A DNA stretch of 64,000 bases from Eledone cirrhosa (taxonomy: Eukaryota), in the NCBI GenBank assembly GCA_964016885.1, contig OZ024742.1:256804001-256868000 (forward strand). The letters are read 5' to 3'. The translations under genes were made by a program, and so were the position numbers. Positions 13,507 through 28,547 of this stretch are shown piece after piece. The stretch's first letter is position 1. The number at the start of each line of letters is the position of its first letter. The notes below the pieces were generated by a model. It was not told the origin of the DNA. It saw nothing but the letters and a program-made list of their open reading frames with translations, and did no database searches.

Positions 13507-13756
13507 CGTGCGTGTGTGTGTGAGTATGTGTATGGCTGTGTGTGTCTGTATGTATGTCTTAAACATAATGGTAACAATAATTGTAGTCTTTAAGAATTTA
13601 TCGAAGATGAATTGATAATTTTTAAACTTAACGATGTTAAATAGATATGATAATTTTTCCTTTTTGTGGAACGTTTAGAAATATCATCATTTCAGTAACT
13701 ATAATCTCTTTCTACATATATATCTAGTTCTTAAATATATCCTATCTATCTGACAT

Positions 13757-13948
13757 GCGGTGGATTGGCAGTATCGGTAGATGGTCGGACGCCATGCTTT
13801 CCAGCATAGTTACGTCCCTTTACGATCTGAGTTCAAATCCTGCCGAGGTTGACTTTGCCTTTCATCCTTACGGGGTCGATAAAATAAAGTACCAGTAATG
13901 CACTGGATAATTGCTGGCCTTGTGCCTAAAGTAGAAACAATTATTTAT
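13757..13948 (+). mobile_element. tRNA-derived SINE, same family
   Basis: gcggtggattggcagtatcggtag...gagttcaaatcc...gcctttcatccttacggggtcgataaaataaagtaccag...gtagaaacaattatt. Confidence 0.9.
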
Positions 13949-13959
13949 TTCGAATGCCT

Positions 13960-14320
13960 CGTTCGAATGTACTGCACAACGAAGGAGTATGTTCACAGAA
14001 TTAAATTAATAAACACAATTGTATTTCATTGTACTATTGATTCACACTGAAAATCAAGTTATACTGTATTCTTCCAACACTAACAATAATCTGAACAACG
14101 ATGATGTATGTAATGGATTACTGATGTGTATACAATCAATTTATTAACAGCAAACTGATGATGTTAGTCATCCCAATACCAGTAATTTGTGCAAGTTGAT
14201 TCTTGTTAATCCGGGAATGTTCATATATGGTGATGTGGGTTGTAATATGATTAAAAGTGCGGGCAACCTATAAATATTTCCATCATGTTGATCAGGTATA
14301 TATTGGAGGATTTCTGCACA
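13960..14320 (+). mobile_element. Possible highly decayed Helitron Pif1-helicase remnant
   Basis: Collinear weak matches across frameshifts: NLNNDDVCNG (cf. NL...LCNG), IKSAG-Q (cf. INKSQGQ) and DQVYIG (cf. GQLYV). Confidence 0.3.
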
Positions 14321-15146
14321 GATCATTCACCAAATAACTTCATTTTGCGTAAATGAGAAATTCCGGATAATTCAAGGTGGTGAAATCCCCATTGAATACA
14401 TGGACACTAAGAATGTGATTACTTGGGCCTAAATACCAAATTCTATCAGAATATTATACTCAGTGAAATTTATCCACATACATGTTACCGCGACCCTAAA
14501 TATGGAACATCTTTTTAACATAACAAATCGTAATTAATATATACATAAACGGCACACACACAGATACAGACACAATCACTCAACACATACTGTACATCTT
14601 TTAACCTTATATATACATATATATATATATATAGCTTAAAACGGATTGGGAGCAAGAAGAAAGCAAGAACAGGGGGGGGGGGGAGTTTTCCTCATCAGTT
14701 GTCTACTGGGGTTCTCGGATATTTCTACGCTTTAAAGACAATATATCGACCGCCCTGAGCGACAATACCTGAATAAATTATTAGGAAAACGGAGGAGGGA
14801 GGGAAGGAAAACAAAAGGGAAGAAAATATAAAACAGTAAAAAACATCGAAAAAAAATAACAAACCAAGCATTTTAACTCTTTCAATATCACATTTCTAAT
14901 GAAATGCATTGTATTTCAATTAATTAAGAATTTACTAAAATTGTTAATTATTGCATCATTAACTCTTTAGTATTTACATTACTCTATAAATATATACTAT
15001 TGTATTTTTTGTGGTAAAGACTTTATATTACATAATTATCTCACATAATATCGAAACTATGAGATGATGCTGTTATTTGTTTTGAGAACAATACCTTAAC
15101 GTCAGAACAATACTGTAACGTCAGTATGACCGGCCAGTTACAGTTG

Positions 15147-15194
<48 letters not shown>

Positions 15195-15204
15195 CGCAAC
15201 CAAA

Positions 15205-15555
<351 letters not shown>

Positions 15556-15976
15556 CGTTACTGGTTTGGCAGTTCTTCTGCTTTTCAAAAGTAGAATTGA
15601 GATGGAGGGTCTATGGTTTATCTCACACACACATATATATATATATATATCATCATTTCATCATAATTTCAGTTTACGTCCGCTTTTTCCCTATGTGTAC
15701 ATAGCATCATACATAAATACATGCACATATACATACAATTGAAGATTAAAATAAAGATAAAGATATATATATACTCACACATACACACACTTATACAAAG
15801 ATACACCTATGAACATGCACACATTACAACTATTTATATATATATATTTATAGATACATATATATACACACACACATACATACACACACACACATATATA
15901 CACACACGTAAACTCACACATTTCCACACACACATACGAACACATACGTACATAAACATTGCCTACACACGCACCT

Positions 15977-16017
<41 letters not shown>

Positions 16018-16631
16018 TATATAAGTATATATATATAGATATATACACACAAAAAAAAAGAAAAAGTGACAACTTAACATCCATACGCATATCCACATAT
16101 ATATATAGAAATACCCACGCATAGGCCGAACTACATACATCTACACATACGTGCGCATACATGCTGCCGCATGTATACACCTACACGCATGCACACCTAC
16201 CTACCCACACGGAAGTGCCAGCACATATACATGTACATATATAAACACACCTGTAAGTGAACAGTTGAAAATACATTATGCAATAAAAAATAAAATAATA
16301 ACATAAAACTGCATAATAACATAAGAAACATATAATGAAATATAATATACAATGTGGTATACATATACACACAGACATACACACATATATATATATATAT
16401 AAATGAAAATTAGAGTTAATAACTCTTATTGAATCCCTGTAACTATTAAGCTCCAAGTATAAAATTCTGAGCATTATAATAATAATATATATGCAGTAAG
16501 AAACACAGTAAACCGTGTGTCTAATATTACAAGGGTTGAAAGATCACATTTGTTTGAAATATTTAACCAAGAAGCAGACAGAATGATAAAATAAAATTAT
16601 ATTATACACACCGTCTCAATAACAATTATAT

Positions 16632-16709
16632 CTCTCGGACAGATTATCCCTAATCTGTTTTGCCCTGAGTGTGTTTGCAACAGATAGACATGGGCATCAT
16701 CAGCGAGAG
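16632..16709 (-). ncRNA. Degenerate type I hammerhead ribozyme between ~160-bp direct repeats (16400-16557 and 16872-17029)
   Basis: ctctcg CTGATGA t gccc...gggc AAAA cagatta ggga taatctg TC cgagag. Stems I and III are perfect, and G12 is changed to A. Confidence 0.7.
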
Positions 16710-17476
16710 AATCTGATTAAATGCGACAAACACTATGCAACAACGTTCACACAGAAAGATGAATTTATCACCTCGTGCGCCGCTAGTCAAACGTGGTAAA
16801 CGTGTATTGGTTAGAAACAACAGTCCAACACACGCAACTTAATAAGCTCACCTCATGAGGGAGCCGTAATATAAATGAAAATTAGAGTTAATAACTCTTA
16901 TTGAAACCCTGTAACTATTAAGCTCCAAGTATAAAATACTGAGCATTATAATAATAATATATATGCAGTAAGAAATACAGTAAACCGTGTGTCTAATATT
17001 ACAAGGGTTGAAAGACCACATTTGTTTGATATATATATATATATATACATATATCCCCCTATTATACATATACACACACACACATACACATATGCACCTA
17101 CGTATACATATATACACACACATACACAGACGCACACAGACTCATACGTACATATACGCATATATACGGGTATGTATAGAGGGTATGTGATAAAATAATA
17201 CAACATGAATAATAATAATAATGAAAAAAACATATATAGTCCGTATATAAACATCCGCACACATTCCCAGGGGATGCACATAAACACATATTTGTATGCA
17301 CAAATACACATACACACATATAGAGGCCCGTGAATGCATGCGCCTGCACCCACACACACAGCGACATATATACACCCATACACACCCACACACATATATA
17401 CACACACTTACCCGCCCGCACGCACATACACCTAATCATATGTGGCTATACGTACTTACTCACTCATACACATATA

Positions 17477-17540
<64 letters not shown>

Positions 17541-18584
17541 TATGCTCACATATAGACACACGTATACAGCCCCCCCCCCCACACACACACATACACCACG
17601 ATTCTTACACATATGTATATATATGTGCACATGTCTGCACGTACATGCGCGCATAAGCTCGTGCACCCACGCACTCATGCCCATACACACACCGCAATAC
17701 CCACCAACGCATACACATACAACCACATACATACGCATCTACACACACACACGCGCACATATCCCCACACTCATGTGTCCACACATAAAAAGAACTCGTG
17801 AACATAAACACAATATGATAATAAAATGAAATAAAAGATGTAAATAAATTTACAAAATTATAGGGTACATTAAATGTATATGTAACTGCATAAAGGTGCT
17901 GGAAAAGAAGGAGTAACAAAGGAACGGGTAAAATAAAATAGAAAAACATAAAAAAAGAAACGGGGGTGAGGTATATGAGAAGTTGCGTGCGTCCATGTGA
18001 CGTACTACACATTGGCATTATGAGATGCAGGCTCGTGTCCGTGTATACAACAGGTAACAGTAACAAAACAATGATATAACAATATTAACAATCACTTTTC
18101 CAAAGTGGAGTAGGTGTAAAGTATATAGTCACGATTAGAATCAGCCAGATCCATACAAGGACCATGACTGGAGCTACATGCCGGCGAAACATTTGTAACA
18201 TGAAATAAACTAAGTGCAGATGCATCACTGATTTTTCGTTTGCTTGATAATATATACACTCTACTCTGATGAATATCGGGTGCTAATTTCGGCATACCGC
18301 CTACAGAAGCACCATAGATACCACTATACACAAATATATATATATATATATACATGAACGAACATGTATACACGCATTTATATGCAATAACATGCAAATA
18401 TACATATAAATACGCATACACACATAAATAAACAGGCAAACAAACTCGTACATACACAGAATATTGTTATTCACATAGACTAAAATAAAGTATAGATACA
18501 CAAAAAAAATATATATATATAAACCATATATGGTAAATTGAAAATAATGTGTATACACAAAAACATCACATATGTTGATATATA

Positions 18585-18621
<37 letters not shown>

Positions 18622-19047
18622 AACGGAAAAAATGAAACTAAATTTCATTTCCCACTCTTAGTACGGCTGGTATATATATATATACGAGCAACGATGGTGG
18701 CTAGACACTACGCCTTAATACGGGATGTTTGTTTACAAACACACCGAGCATTATAATACATGTTCGGTGAATCCATACGTACATATATATATGTGTGCAT
18801 GTATGTATATATATATACATACTACTGTACGTATGTATACATATATGTATTTACGCATACATACTTATATTTAAGTAACAGCTGTACTATGAGTGGGAAA
18901 TGAAATTTCGCTTCACTTTTTCTATTTATCGTTTTCGGTGCACCCGGCCAATTAACCCACTCGATATGGAAATTAGGCTGCTCAGCCGTTAATATGCATA
19001 AGGAAAGTATATACTTTCAGACGTTCAATCATCTGGCAGGAAGGTAT

Positions 19048-19090
19048 ACGTTGCTGACGATAGCTAATAAGCTTGAAACTAGTACAGCGT
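19048..19090 (+). ncRNA. Type I minimal hammerhead ribozyme inside a ~428-bp partial tandem duplication
   Basis: acgttg CTGACGA tagctaataagctt GAAA ctag TA cagcgt. Stem I is 6 bp and extendable, and stem III is palindromic. The unit start repeats at ~18684 and ~19112. Confidence 0.8.
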
Positions 19091-19293
19091 TTCTTTGTCA
19101 GTGTTGAACAAACGAGCATCGATGGTTACTAGACACTACGGCTTAATACGGGGTGTTTGTTTACAAACACACCGAGCATTATAATAAATGTTCGGTGAAT
19201 CCATAAGTACTTATATATATATATATGTGGGCATGTATGTATATATACATACTACTGTATGTCTGTATACATCTCTGTATGTACGTATACATA

Positions 19294-19409
<116 letters not shown>

Positions 19410-19468
19410 TATACACACACATACATACGTATAGATACATACATATAAGTAGATACACACACACAAAG

Positions 19469-19499
<31 letters not shown>

Positions 19500-19504
19500 C
19501 ACAC

Positions 19505-19540
<36 letters not shown>

Positions 19541-19544
<4 letters not shown>

Positions 19545-21372
19545 CTTGTGTTTCTTTCCATCTTCCGTTAGCTTTCCCCTGTGTTGTTTACTTGTCTCAC
19601 TCGCTTTACGCGTTTCAATTGTCCCAATAACTTAATTTAGTTATTGTCGCACCAACGTGAGGTATATGATTTTTAATGCGATGAAATACCAATGATCGTT
19701 GGCAAATCACTGATGAGGGACTCATTTTAATACATCTAATCCATGTGCAACCATGCAGTATTCTTCTACCCATATTTTTCATATATTTACCTAAACTGCG
19801 ATTCTATGTTTCTCTATTTCTCTCTTACTGCTCCCTCGTTCTCTCTGTTTCTCTTACTTTCTTTCGTCCCCTCTGTCATGTCAGTTAACACTTTCTCTCT
19901 ACTGACCTCTTCCTCGCACTTCCACTCACTCACTCTCTGTTTCTCCTCTTCTTACTTCCTCCCGTCCGCTACGAACCCTATTTTCCTTCTTTCTCACATC
20001 GGATTCACTAGCGAAAGGTCTGTTACTTACTCGCTCATGTATTCACCCAGCCTATGCTGACAGAATAACCAAGTTGCTTGTGTTTCTTTCCATCTTCGGT
20101 TAGCTTTCCCCTGTGTTGTTTACTTGTCTCACTCGCTTTACGCGTTTCAATTGTCCCAATAACTTAATTTAGTTATTGTCGCACCAACGTGAGGTATATG
20201 ATTTTTAATGCGATGAAATACCAATGATCGTTGGCAAATCACTGATGAGGGACTCATTTTAATACATGTAATCCATGTGCAACCATGCAGTATTCTTCTA
20301 CCCATATTTTTCATATATTTACCTAAACTGCGATTCTATGTTTCTCTATTTCTCTCTTACTGCTCCCTCGTTCTCTCTGTTTCTCTTACTTTCTTTCGTC
20401 CCCTCTGTCATGTCAGTTAACACTTTCTCTCTACTGACCTCTTCCTCGCACTTCCACTCACTCACTCTCTGTTTCTCCTCTTCTTACTTCCTCCCGTCCG
20501 CTACGAACCCTATTTTCCTTCTTTCTCACATCGGATTCACTAGCGAAAGGTCTGTTACTTACTCGCTCATGTATTCACCCAGCCTATGCTGACAGAATAA
20601 CCAAGTTGCTTGTGTTTCTTTCCATCTTCGGTTAGCTTTCCCCTGTGTTGTTTACTTGTCACACTCGCTTTACGCGTTTCAATTGTCCCAATAACTTAAT
20701 TTAGTTATTGTCGCACCAACGTGAGGTATATGATTTTTAATGCGATGAAATACCAATGATCGTTGGCAAATCACTGATGAGGGACTCATTTTAATACATG
20801 TAATCCATGTGCAACCATGCAGTATTCTTCTCCCCATATTTTTCATATATTTACCTAAACTGCGATTCTATGTTTCTCTATTTCTCTCTTACTGCTCCCT
20901 CGTTCTCTCTGTTTCTCTTACTTTCTTTCGTCCCCTCTGTCATGTCAGTTAACACTTTCTCTCTACTGACCTCTTCCTCGCACTTCCACTCACTCAGTCT
21001 CTGTTTCTCCTCTTCTTACTTCCTCCCGTCCGCTACGAACCCGATTTTCCTTCTTTCTCACATCGGATTCACTAGCGAAAGGTCTGTTACTTACTCGCTC
21101 ATGTATTCACCCAGCCTATGCTGACAGAATAACCAAGTTGCTTGTGTTTCTTTCCATCTTCGGTTAGCTTTCCCCTGTGTTGTTTACTTGTCACACTCGC
21201 TTTACGCGTTTCAATTGTCCCAATAACTTAATTTAGTTAATGTCGCACCAACGTGAGGTATATGATTTTTAATGCGATGAAATACCAATGATCCTTGGCA
21301 AATCACTGATGAGGGACTCATTTTATAACATGTAATCCATCTGCAACCATGCAGTATTCTTCTCCCCATATT

Positions 21373-21378
<6 letters not shown>
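19541..21378. repeat. Tandem array of a 532-bp unit, ~3.45 copies, near-identical
   Basis: Unit start gttgcttgtgtttctttcc occurs at 19541, 20073, 20605 and 21137. The array is flanked by (TA)n on both sides. Confidence 0.97.
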
Positions 21379-21458
<80 letters not shown>

Positions 21459-22039
21459 GTGAATAATACACATAAAAACATACATTTACGTAGAAAATAT
21501 AAATACACTCATGCAATGTCCAAACAAATTGTTTTTAATGAATTAAGGGCACATACGTACATGTCTATGTCTACATTATATGGGCACAATTTATACACAA
21601 ATTGTACGTAAAATCATACAAAAATATATACGATTACACATACAAATTTATATACAAATACATACACTCACATGCTTATATATATACATATATATATATA
21701 TACATACTATATATATATACTCGTAAGTTCATACATAGTAAAAGTGTAGAGAGAAGTTCTCGGTGTCATAATAAAGAATTGGTAAATGTTATGTGTAAAA
21801 CTTATAATCAAATATACTTAATTATATGATTGTTAAATAGAAAGAAGTGGGGTTTCAATCGTCATATTGAGTATAAGATTTGAAAGAAATGAGAGTAGTT
21901 ATAGGTATTTAATATATATGTAATCATAGTAAATATGTGGGTGTTATTTGTGTGTTATGATTATAGTTAAATGTATGTGTTCATAAAGAAAAAGAGTTCG
22001 GGGTAGTGGGTGTAGATGCTATTTCATAGCTGTAATAAA

Positions 22040-24110
22040 GATCAGGGTGGTTGAGTATCCAAATTGATATTATGTTTATTCCAACAGGAAAGAAGATGTG
22101 GTTTCATGCGTGGACAACTTCTGAAAAATACAGCTTTAGAGTTGAGACAACTATTAGGAGATATCATATATTGTAGGATTCTATATTTCTCGGTTATGCA
22201 CAAAGTACGTCTCTTTGTGCCTTTTTGGTATTTTTTAAATGGTCTAAAATAGACCAATCAATGAAATATGGAATCCCATGTCCTTTCATCTCCCACTCCT
22301 CTATTTTCCTGAGCTGTAGCCTTCTTTTTTTCTGGGTGTCTGAAGGAATCAATATGTGTGTAGTATCTTAGTTTGCATTCGTCTTGAGGCATACCCACAT
22401 ATAACTCACTGATGGCTGGTTGGTTGGTGTTTATAGTTATAACTTTAGCCTCATGTACGACGGATTTTGTGTTCCATTTGCCCTGTAAAAGACATTCTTC
22501 TAAATATCTGTAAAAACATCCTGGATTTCCTCTATGTGTATTCTCGTTGGTAATCTTGGATTTCAATGATGGATAGCAAGAATAGCTAATCTTAACTAAG
22601 TTGCTATTAAAAATGTCATGGTATCTATCTTATTGGGGGAATGTTTCTCTAAAAGATCAAGGAACGTTCTACCTACGTTAGTTTCAACAGTTAAAGAAAA
22701 TGAGTGTATGAAGGAATTTATTTTATTTTTCTATTATTATGTATAGTAGTATTAGGAGGAGTAGTTATACATTTAATTTGTTCGTTGAATCCGCTATTTT
22801 TAAGGGCCTTATTATAGTAAGGGGCTGCTTTATTAAACATTTCCTCAGAGGAAGATATGGTTGTAAATAAAATTGGAAGATGGCATGAATCTTTGTATAT
22901 TTTAGATTTTCGTTAGGTATATGATAGGGTTTAAAAGAAGCAGTAAGTAAATCAAGATTGATATCGAGGAAGTTACTATTGGTTAGGTTAGTATGTATTG
23001 TAATTTAAAGTTTAGATTATCTAATTTTCCGAAATGTTTCAATGTTCTGACCATCTTTTGTATGAGCGTCTGCCAGTCCTTCTTCTCGGTATAACCCGAT
23101 AGTGTGGTTGGGGAATTTCTATTTAAGTGTGTGGAGGAGGAATAAGCCAAGTAAATAGCATACATCGGCACTATCAAAAGAACCCATTGAGACATCAAAA
23201 GCGTTTTCTGAGGTTGATTTTTTCACCCAGGTTTCATCTTTGGCAAAAAGTATAGTTTTTCTGGCATGCAAAATTACTCCGTCCTCTAATTTTGATATAT
23301 TAGTAAATCTAATACTTTGGCTAATAAGGAGTGAGTGATAGAAGACTAGAAATCTACTATATCAAATTGGGTAAATCAGGACTTATTTTTCTCTTGTATA
23401 TTATTAAACCAAGCTATAGCAGTGGAAGTATTTAACTATTGTAATAATTCTCTTTTACTTCTTATTTGATAAATGATACTTCTTAAGATTGTTTTACTAG
23501 CAAGAGCAATTTCTGATTTAGCAGGGTTAATAAGCCTACAAATAGGTCGTTAATTGAAGTCTAATTTATGGCATTTACGTGTAATATAGCCTTCACGTTT
23601 TGTTAGGCTTTCAGTTCGATTGTCCATTCCTAATTTTCCAGCTGAATCTTTAGCTTCATTATTTATAATTATAGTTGTTATTATTACCTTTTGGGTATTT
23701 AGTAGTAATACTATCCGTTAAAAGTTGGTTATATAAATGGTTGATAACTTCATATAGATATTTTGTTTTATCGGAAAATATAAACGTATTATTAGAGGTT
23801 TTAATATTAGAAATATCATTAGAAAGTTTAGTTTGAAAATGATTATTGTGCTTACAAAATTTTAGTTGGTTGATCATATTAACTAAGTCTAATTCGAAGG
23901 GTGCCATATCTTTAAATGTTGGTAGGTAGTTGTATGACTTAATGTTGAATTAGTACGGAACTGCCCGTCAAATACCATAGCTGCCCATCTCATTCTTTGT
24001 ATAAAACGTTCAAATGTATCAATTAACATTTTGGGGTAAGATGCATTAGAAGGTGTCGGAATATTTTCATATATATCCATATTCAATGTTGGTAAATTTC
24101 CTATAAATGT
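22040..24110 (-). mobile_element. Penelope-like element (Naiad-type), nearly full ORF, heavily decayed
   Basis: NIPTPS..Y..MLI...E.FI.RMRW, PFELDLVNMI, FSDKT..LYE, FDVSMG, YVGM...K.RYYTH..SFRHP and CLNSK..F.RSCPRM. There are many stops and frameshifts. Confidence 0.88.
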
Positions 24111-24408
24111 AGAGTGTTCAACTTATCGGGTTGGAAGATGCCAATCAGAGTAACAAGATTCAGAATTGCTTCAAACATTTCGGGTGGGAGCTATTTATGT
24201 GTTAGGTATTTCCGTAGAAAAGATAAAGGAAAGAAGAATGTTCTAGGTATAGTACAAACTGTTTAATTATGTAATAAACAACACAATATAATTATCTAAT
24301 TAACCAATGTTTCGCGAAGTTAGACGATTCTAACGGAAACCTCTAATTTCATTCATAAGATGAAAAATCTATATTACGGATATAAGATATGAAATACATA
24401 TATATATA

Positions 24409-24454
<46 letters not shown>

Positions 24455-24633
24455 TTACAGTAATCAAAGTTCAGTTTAAGTAATTTATTTGCTTACAATT
24501 GTTTCCTCCAAACCGAGGTTTGGATTCTTCGGAGCAGCTATTTATAACATACTTGACCTCCTTTTCAACCCAAGAGACACATAAAACATATGCGCATATT
24601 GATCAACAGTATATATACATAGTAAAAGAGATA

Positions 24634-25410
24634 GGGACCCGACAGCTGAGCTCCGGCCGTTTCGACAGCTAGTTCTGAATGAACGCAGTATTGTTAGGAC
24701 AGCATAGTCTGGCGGAACTTATCAACGCTAATTCCATATATGAGCATACACTCGTGTCAAACAGTTCTCAAAGTTGATTTATCAGGGGAGTGGTCAACAT
24801 TTTTGTAAACGCAGTTAAATTCCTTCATAACGGCGGGTGGGGTGGGGTAACTGAACTTCCCTGTAGAATAAGTAAGCCGATCCTGCGTTAAGAGGAAATT
24901 CTATATAGGGATTAGGGAACTTATGATGAATAAAGAAAATGTGAAATTAAGCGTTGACTACGAGGCAAAGCAAATATAATTTGATATAAAATTCCAAATT
25001 TATAAAATTTGTAAAATGTAAGCAAACATAATCTGATACAAAAGCCAAATTTATAAAATCTACAAAATTTAGTTATTAGTTCATCCAAAATAATAAAACA
25101 TCGTCTCATAATGGTAAAATATCAATAATTTCGTCCGTAATGATGCACCCCTCCACCCCAAAACAGGAAACACAGGCTATATTTTCAGCCAGTGCTATAT
25201 AGGTACAACAGGGGTGGAGATACCTGGGTTAATCAAAGGAATAATGAGGCTGAAAATAAGCGATGGGCCGCCTAAGTGGAAGGAGTGTGCAACTAATGAA
25301 GAAAAAAGGAAAATGATAGAAGGAGGGAAAGAAAGTAAGAAAGAAGAAGAAAGAAAATTGTTACTTCTACCTAAGTATGCTGGGGCTTTCTCTATCTTAG
25401 TCGGCAAATA
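24634..25410 (-). mobile_element. Solo 3' tail (pLTR) of a family A-related PLE, ending in a hammerhead with core TTGATAA (24636-24730)
   Basis: Reverse complement of ~46215-46956 (tatttgccgactaagatagaga...gtcGAAAcggccggagctcagctgTCggg). Confidence 0.8.
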
Positions 25411-25697
25411 GAAAAAAATATTACAGCCGTTGTCTACCCACCCTGGCCGTGATGGGGTATATTATTAATAAATATGGTTTTATACATATAGTTTCCATTC
25501 ATTAATATCAATGATATTTAATATATAATAAACAATACAATAAACAATACAATATAATTACCTCATTACCAAAGGTTGCCCGAATAAGAAACGTCCGCAT
25601 CCGTTCGTCAGACAAGGCAATTTAAAACATAGTGAAATATTTGAAACATCTCTTCAAGTAAGGCTAAAATTTTAACGGGCAAAACATAAATAAAAGT

Positions 25698-25887
25698 AAT
25701 AATTGTTTCTACTTTAGCCACAAGGCCAGCAATTACCCAGTGCATTACTGGTACTTTATTTTATCGATCCCATAAGGATGAAAGGCAAAGTCAACCTCGG
25801 CGGAATTTGAACTCAGATCGTAAAGGGACATAACTATGCTGGAAAGCATGGCGTCCGACCCTCAACCGATACTGACAATCCATCGCC
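25698..25887 (-). mobile_element. tRNA-derived SINE, same family
   Basis: Reverse complement of the SINE at 13757 (aataattgtttctac...ggatgaaaggcaaagtcaacctcggcggaatttgaactc). Confidence 0.9.
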
Positions 25888-26611
25888 TTTTTTTAATACA
25901 AGGAATGTATAAAAAATAAAAATAAAGTTATATATTAAGGGAATGTGTATAAATGTGTGTATATGCACATACATATGTACATGTATGTGTATGTACAACT
26001 TCATTTGTATGGTGAAAATATGTGTGCGTAAGTACATACATGAGGGCAAACTTATTAGTGTATGTGTGACCACAAATACATATATATATATGTTGAAAAT
26101 AGAAAGTGTAAGATAATGGAGTTAGCGTACATACAGACTTAGGGACGAACGGCTGAAATATATACACACACAAGGATAAAAGGACGCACGCGTATAAACA
26201 TACACACACGCACAACCACATACATGTATTTGATATATACAGGGATAGTAGTGTATAAAGTTAACGCAGTGTCAGGCGGAAGGTCGATACAAATATAAAA
26301 TATGATGAATAAATGAAATAATATATAAGATAAGAATAAAAAAAAAGATTAAGGCAAAGAGAAAGTAAGTGGGAGGGGGTAATAAATAAAATACACAAGA
26401 AAAAATAAATAAAAAGTCGAAAACATGCATATACGTGAAACAAGTTCATACACACATACATATATATATAAATATATATACATACAGACATAAACACGTA
26501 CACAAAAGCATACATACACATACACGCATATACATACATATACAGGCATGCATACATACATCTACACATATATACACATACATGCACATCTATTCACACC
26601 CATGCACGCGA

Positions 26612-26674
<63 letters not shown>

Positions 26675-26725
26675 TATATATTATGAAAATAAACCAAAGA
26701 AGCCTTCAATACATCAACAGTCCTT

Positions 26726-26770
26726 ATTAGCCAACAATGTTTCGTCCTATTAAGGACTCATCAGGGCAAT
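26726..26770 (-). ncRNA. Type I minimal hammerhead ribozyme with canonical core
   Basis: attgcc CTGATGA gtcct taat aggac GAAA cattg TT ggctaat. It lies downstream on the same strand as the GIY-YIG fragment at 28548. Confidence 0.85.
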
Positions 26771-28547
26771 TAAAGCTATAAGAAGCACTATCGGCCAATA
26801 CAAGCCAACAAACTCAGAAGAATATGGAGTGTACAAACATTAAAGCATAGGAAAATATCAAGTAAAAATTGCTAAGGAAGTGAATAACATTTTGAACCAT
26901 ATTACAAATATAGTCCAATGTAAAAACTAAAGCTAAACAGATGTGGTAATATAGAGCGGGAATTATTGCACTATATATAATATAATATAATATAATATAA
27001 TATAATATAATATAATATAATATAATATAATTGATAATAATAATAATAATATTAAAAGGCCCAATATACATATATATATATATAGATATGTACACACATA
27101 TACATATATATCAATACACATTTCCATCAATCCAAGCACAAACTAACCCTTATTAAGAGTTTATATATAAATAATAATAATAAGAAGAAGAAGAAGAATA
27201 AAAATAAAGATAAAAATAAGGATAAAAATATAATACATATATTATTTACAGTATAAAATGAAGAATAAATGAGAATAAATGATTAAAAGTAATCATATAA
27301 TATATAATAAATCTATATAATTATATAATAGATAATATCCGGTTAATTTGCACAAACAATATAAATGTTACAATAACACTATAATAACAATATTAAAGTA
27401 TAATGGCATATAACTTAACAAATCATATAGAGTTACAGACCAGGTGACAAAAAATATTGTACAGAAATAAATTATGATGGAAAAATTATGTTGGAAAAAT
27501 ATCAAAACCATTGCAAGAAAAACAGATGGATGTCAAATTTCTATACAATTGGTGTAAATAAATATTATCCAAACATTACAAGAATTATAAAAATACAAAC
27601 ATATTACATAATTTACAAAATTTAACATAGCATAATGGTACATTTAATAATCGGTAAATAATAAAGATCAGTAGTACGTTTACAAAGAGTGGAATGATAT
27701 AAAACTTCAATATAAAATATTGAAAATAGTATAATATACATAATTATGTGGTTGGTGGACAGACATTTGTGAATAAATGAATGAGAACCAGAGAGAAAAC
27801 TAAGCACAGTAGTATAAATATATAAATAAAATCAACCGGAAATCGAAAAACAAAAACAAAAGTATTTACTTAGGTGCCATATGCAGTTAAGTAAAAAAAA
27901 AATGTAGGAAACAAACCCGGATAAATGACTAGAAAACCCCATTAAATTAATTAATATTGAAAGTATCTAAAATACATAATAAGTCAATACAAAATTAGTT
28001 ATGGTTTAAGTAATCGAAATCTCTAAATTTTAAGATATGACTATAAAAACATCTGGAAAAGAATGAAATATTCAACTATCAGTTGAATAACGTTATCTAG
28101 TAAACAGACTTTAAATAGAATTATGGTAGGCCAATGGGGACAGAAAAAGAAATGTATGTATGGATACGAAGGAGCATAACATCATAATCAATATACTGTA
28201 TAATACAATATAAAGGAGCATAAAAGGGAATAGAATATAATTATAGTATATATGAAGGGGCGAATGACAAGTGTGTGTGTATGGGGGGGGGGGGGGGTGT
28301 TAGTTATCCAAAGAATCCAAATAAAATGAAATAAAATAAAATAATATAAAATAAAATATATAATCAGATATAAACTCTTAATGTGTTAATAGTGAAAATA
28401 TAATATTTAAGAAGATAGATATGGTATGGTAGCCAAAAGACTATGAAAGCCAGAATGAAAAGCCGTTAAAAACCAGTAATAATAATGATGATAATGATGG
28501 TGGTAAACAAAATAAACCTAAACTAAAAAGATAAGGGAATATAGCAG

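Noticed and set aside
13757-13850. tRNA gene
   Set aside because: A and B boxes are present, but there is no cloverleaf. It is the head of a multi-copy SINE.
19743-21124. Three near-identical 105-aa ORFs
   Set aside because: They are a by-product of the 532-bp pyrimidine-rich tandem unit and show no recognisable domain.
24295-24365. Hammerhead upstream of the PLE at 24110 (CTTATGA...GAAAcattgg, minus strand)
   Set aside because: The core is mutated and there is no convincing stem I.
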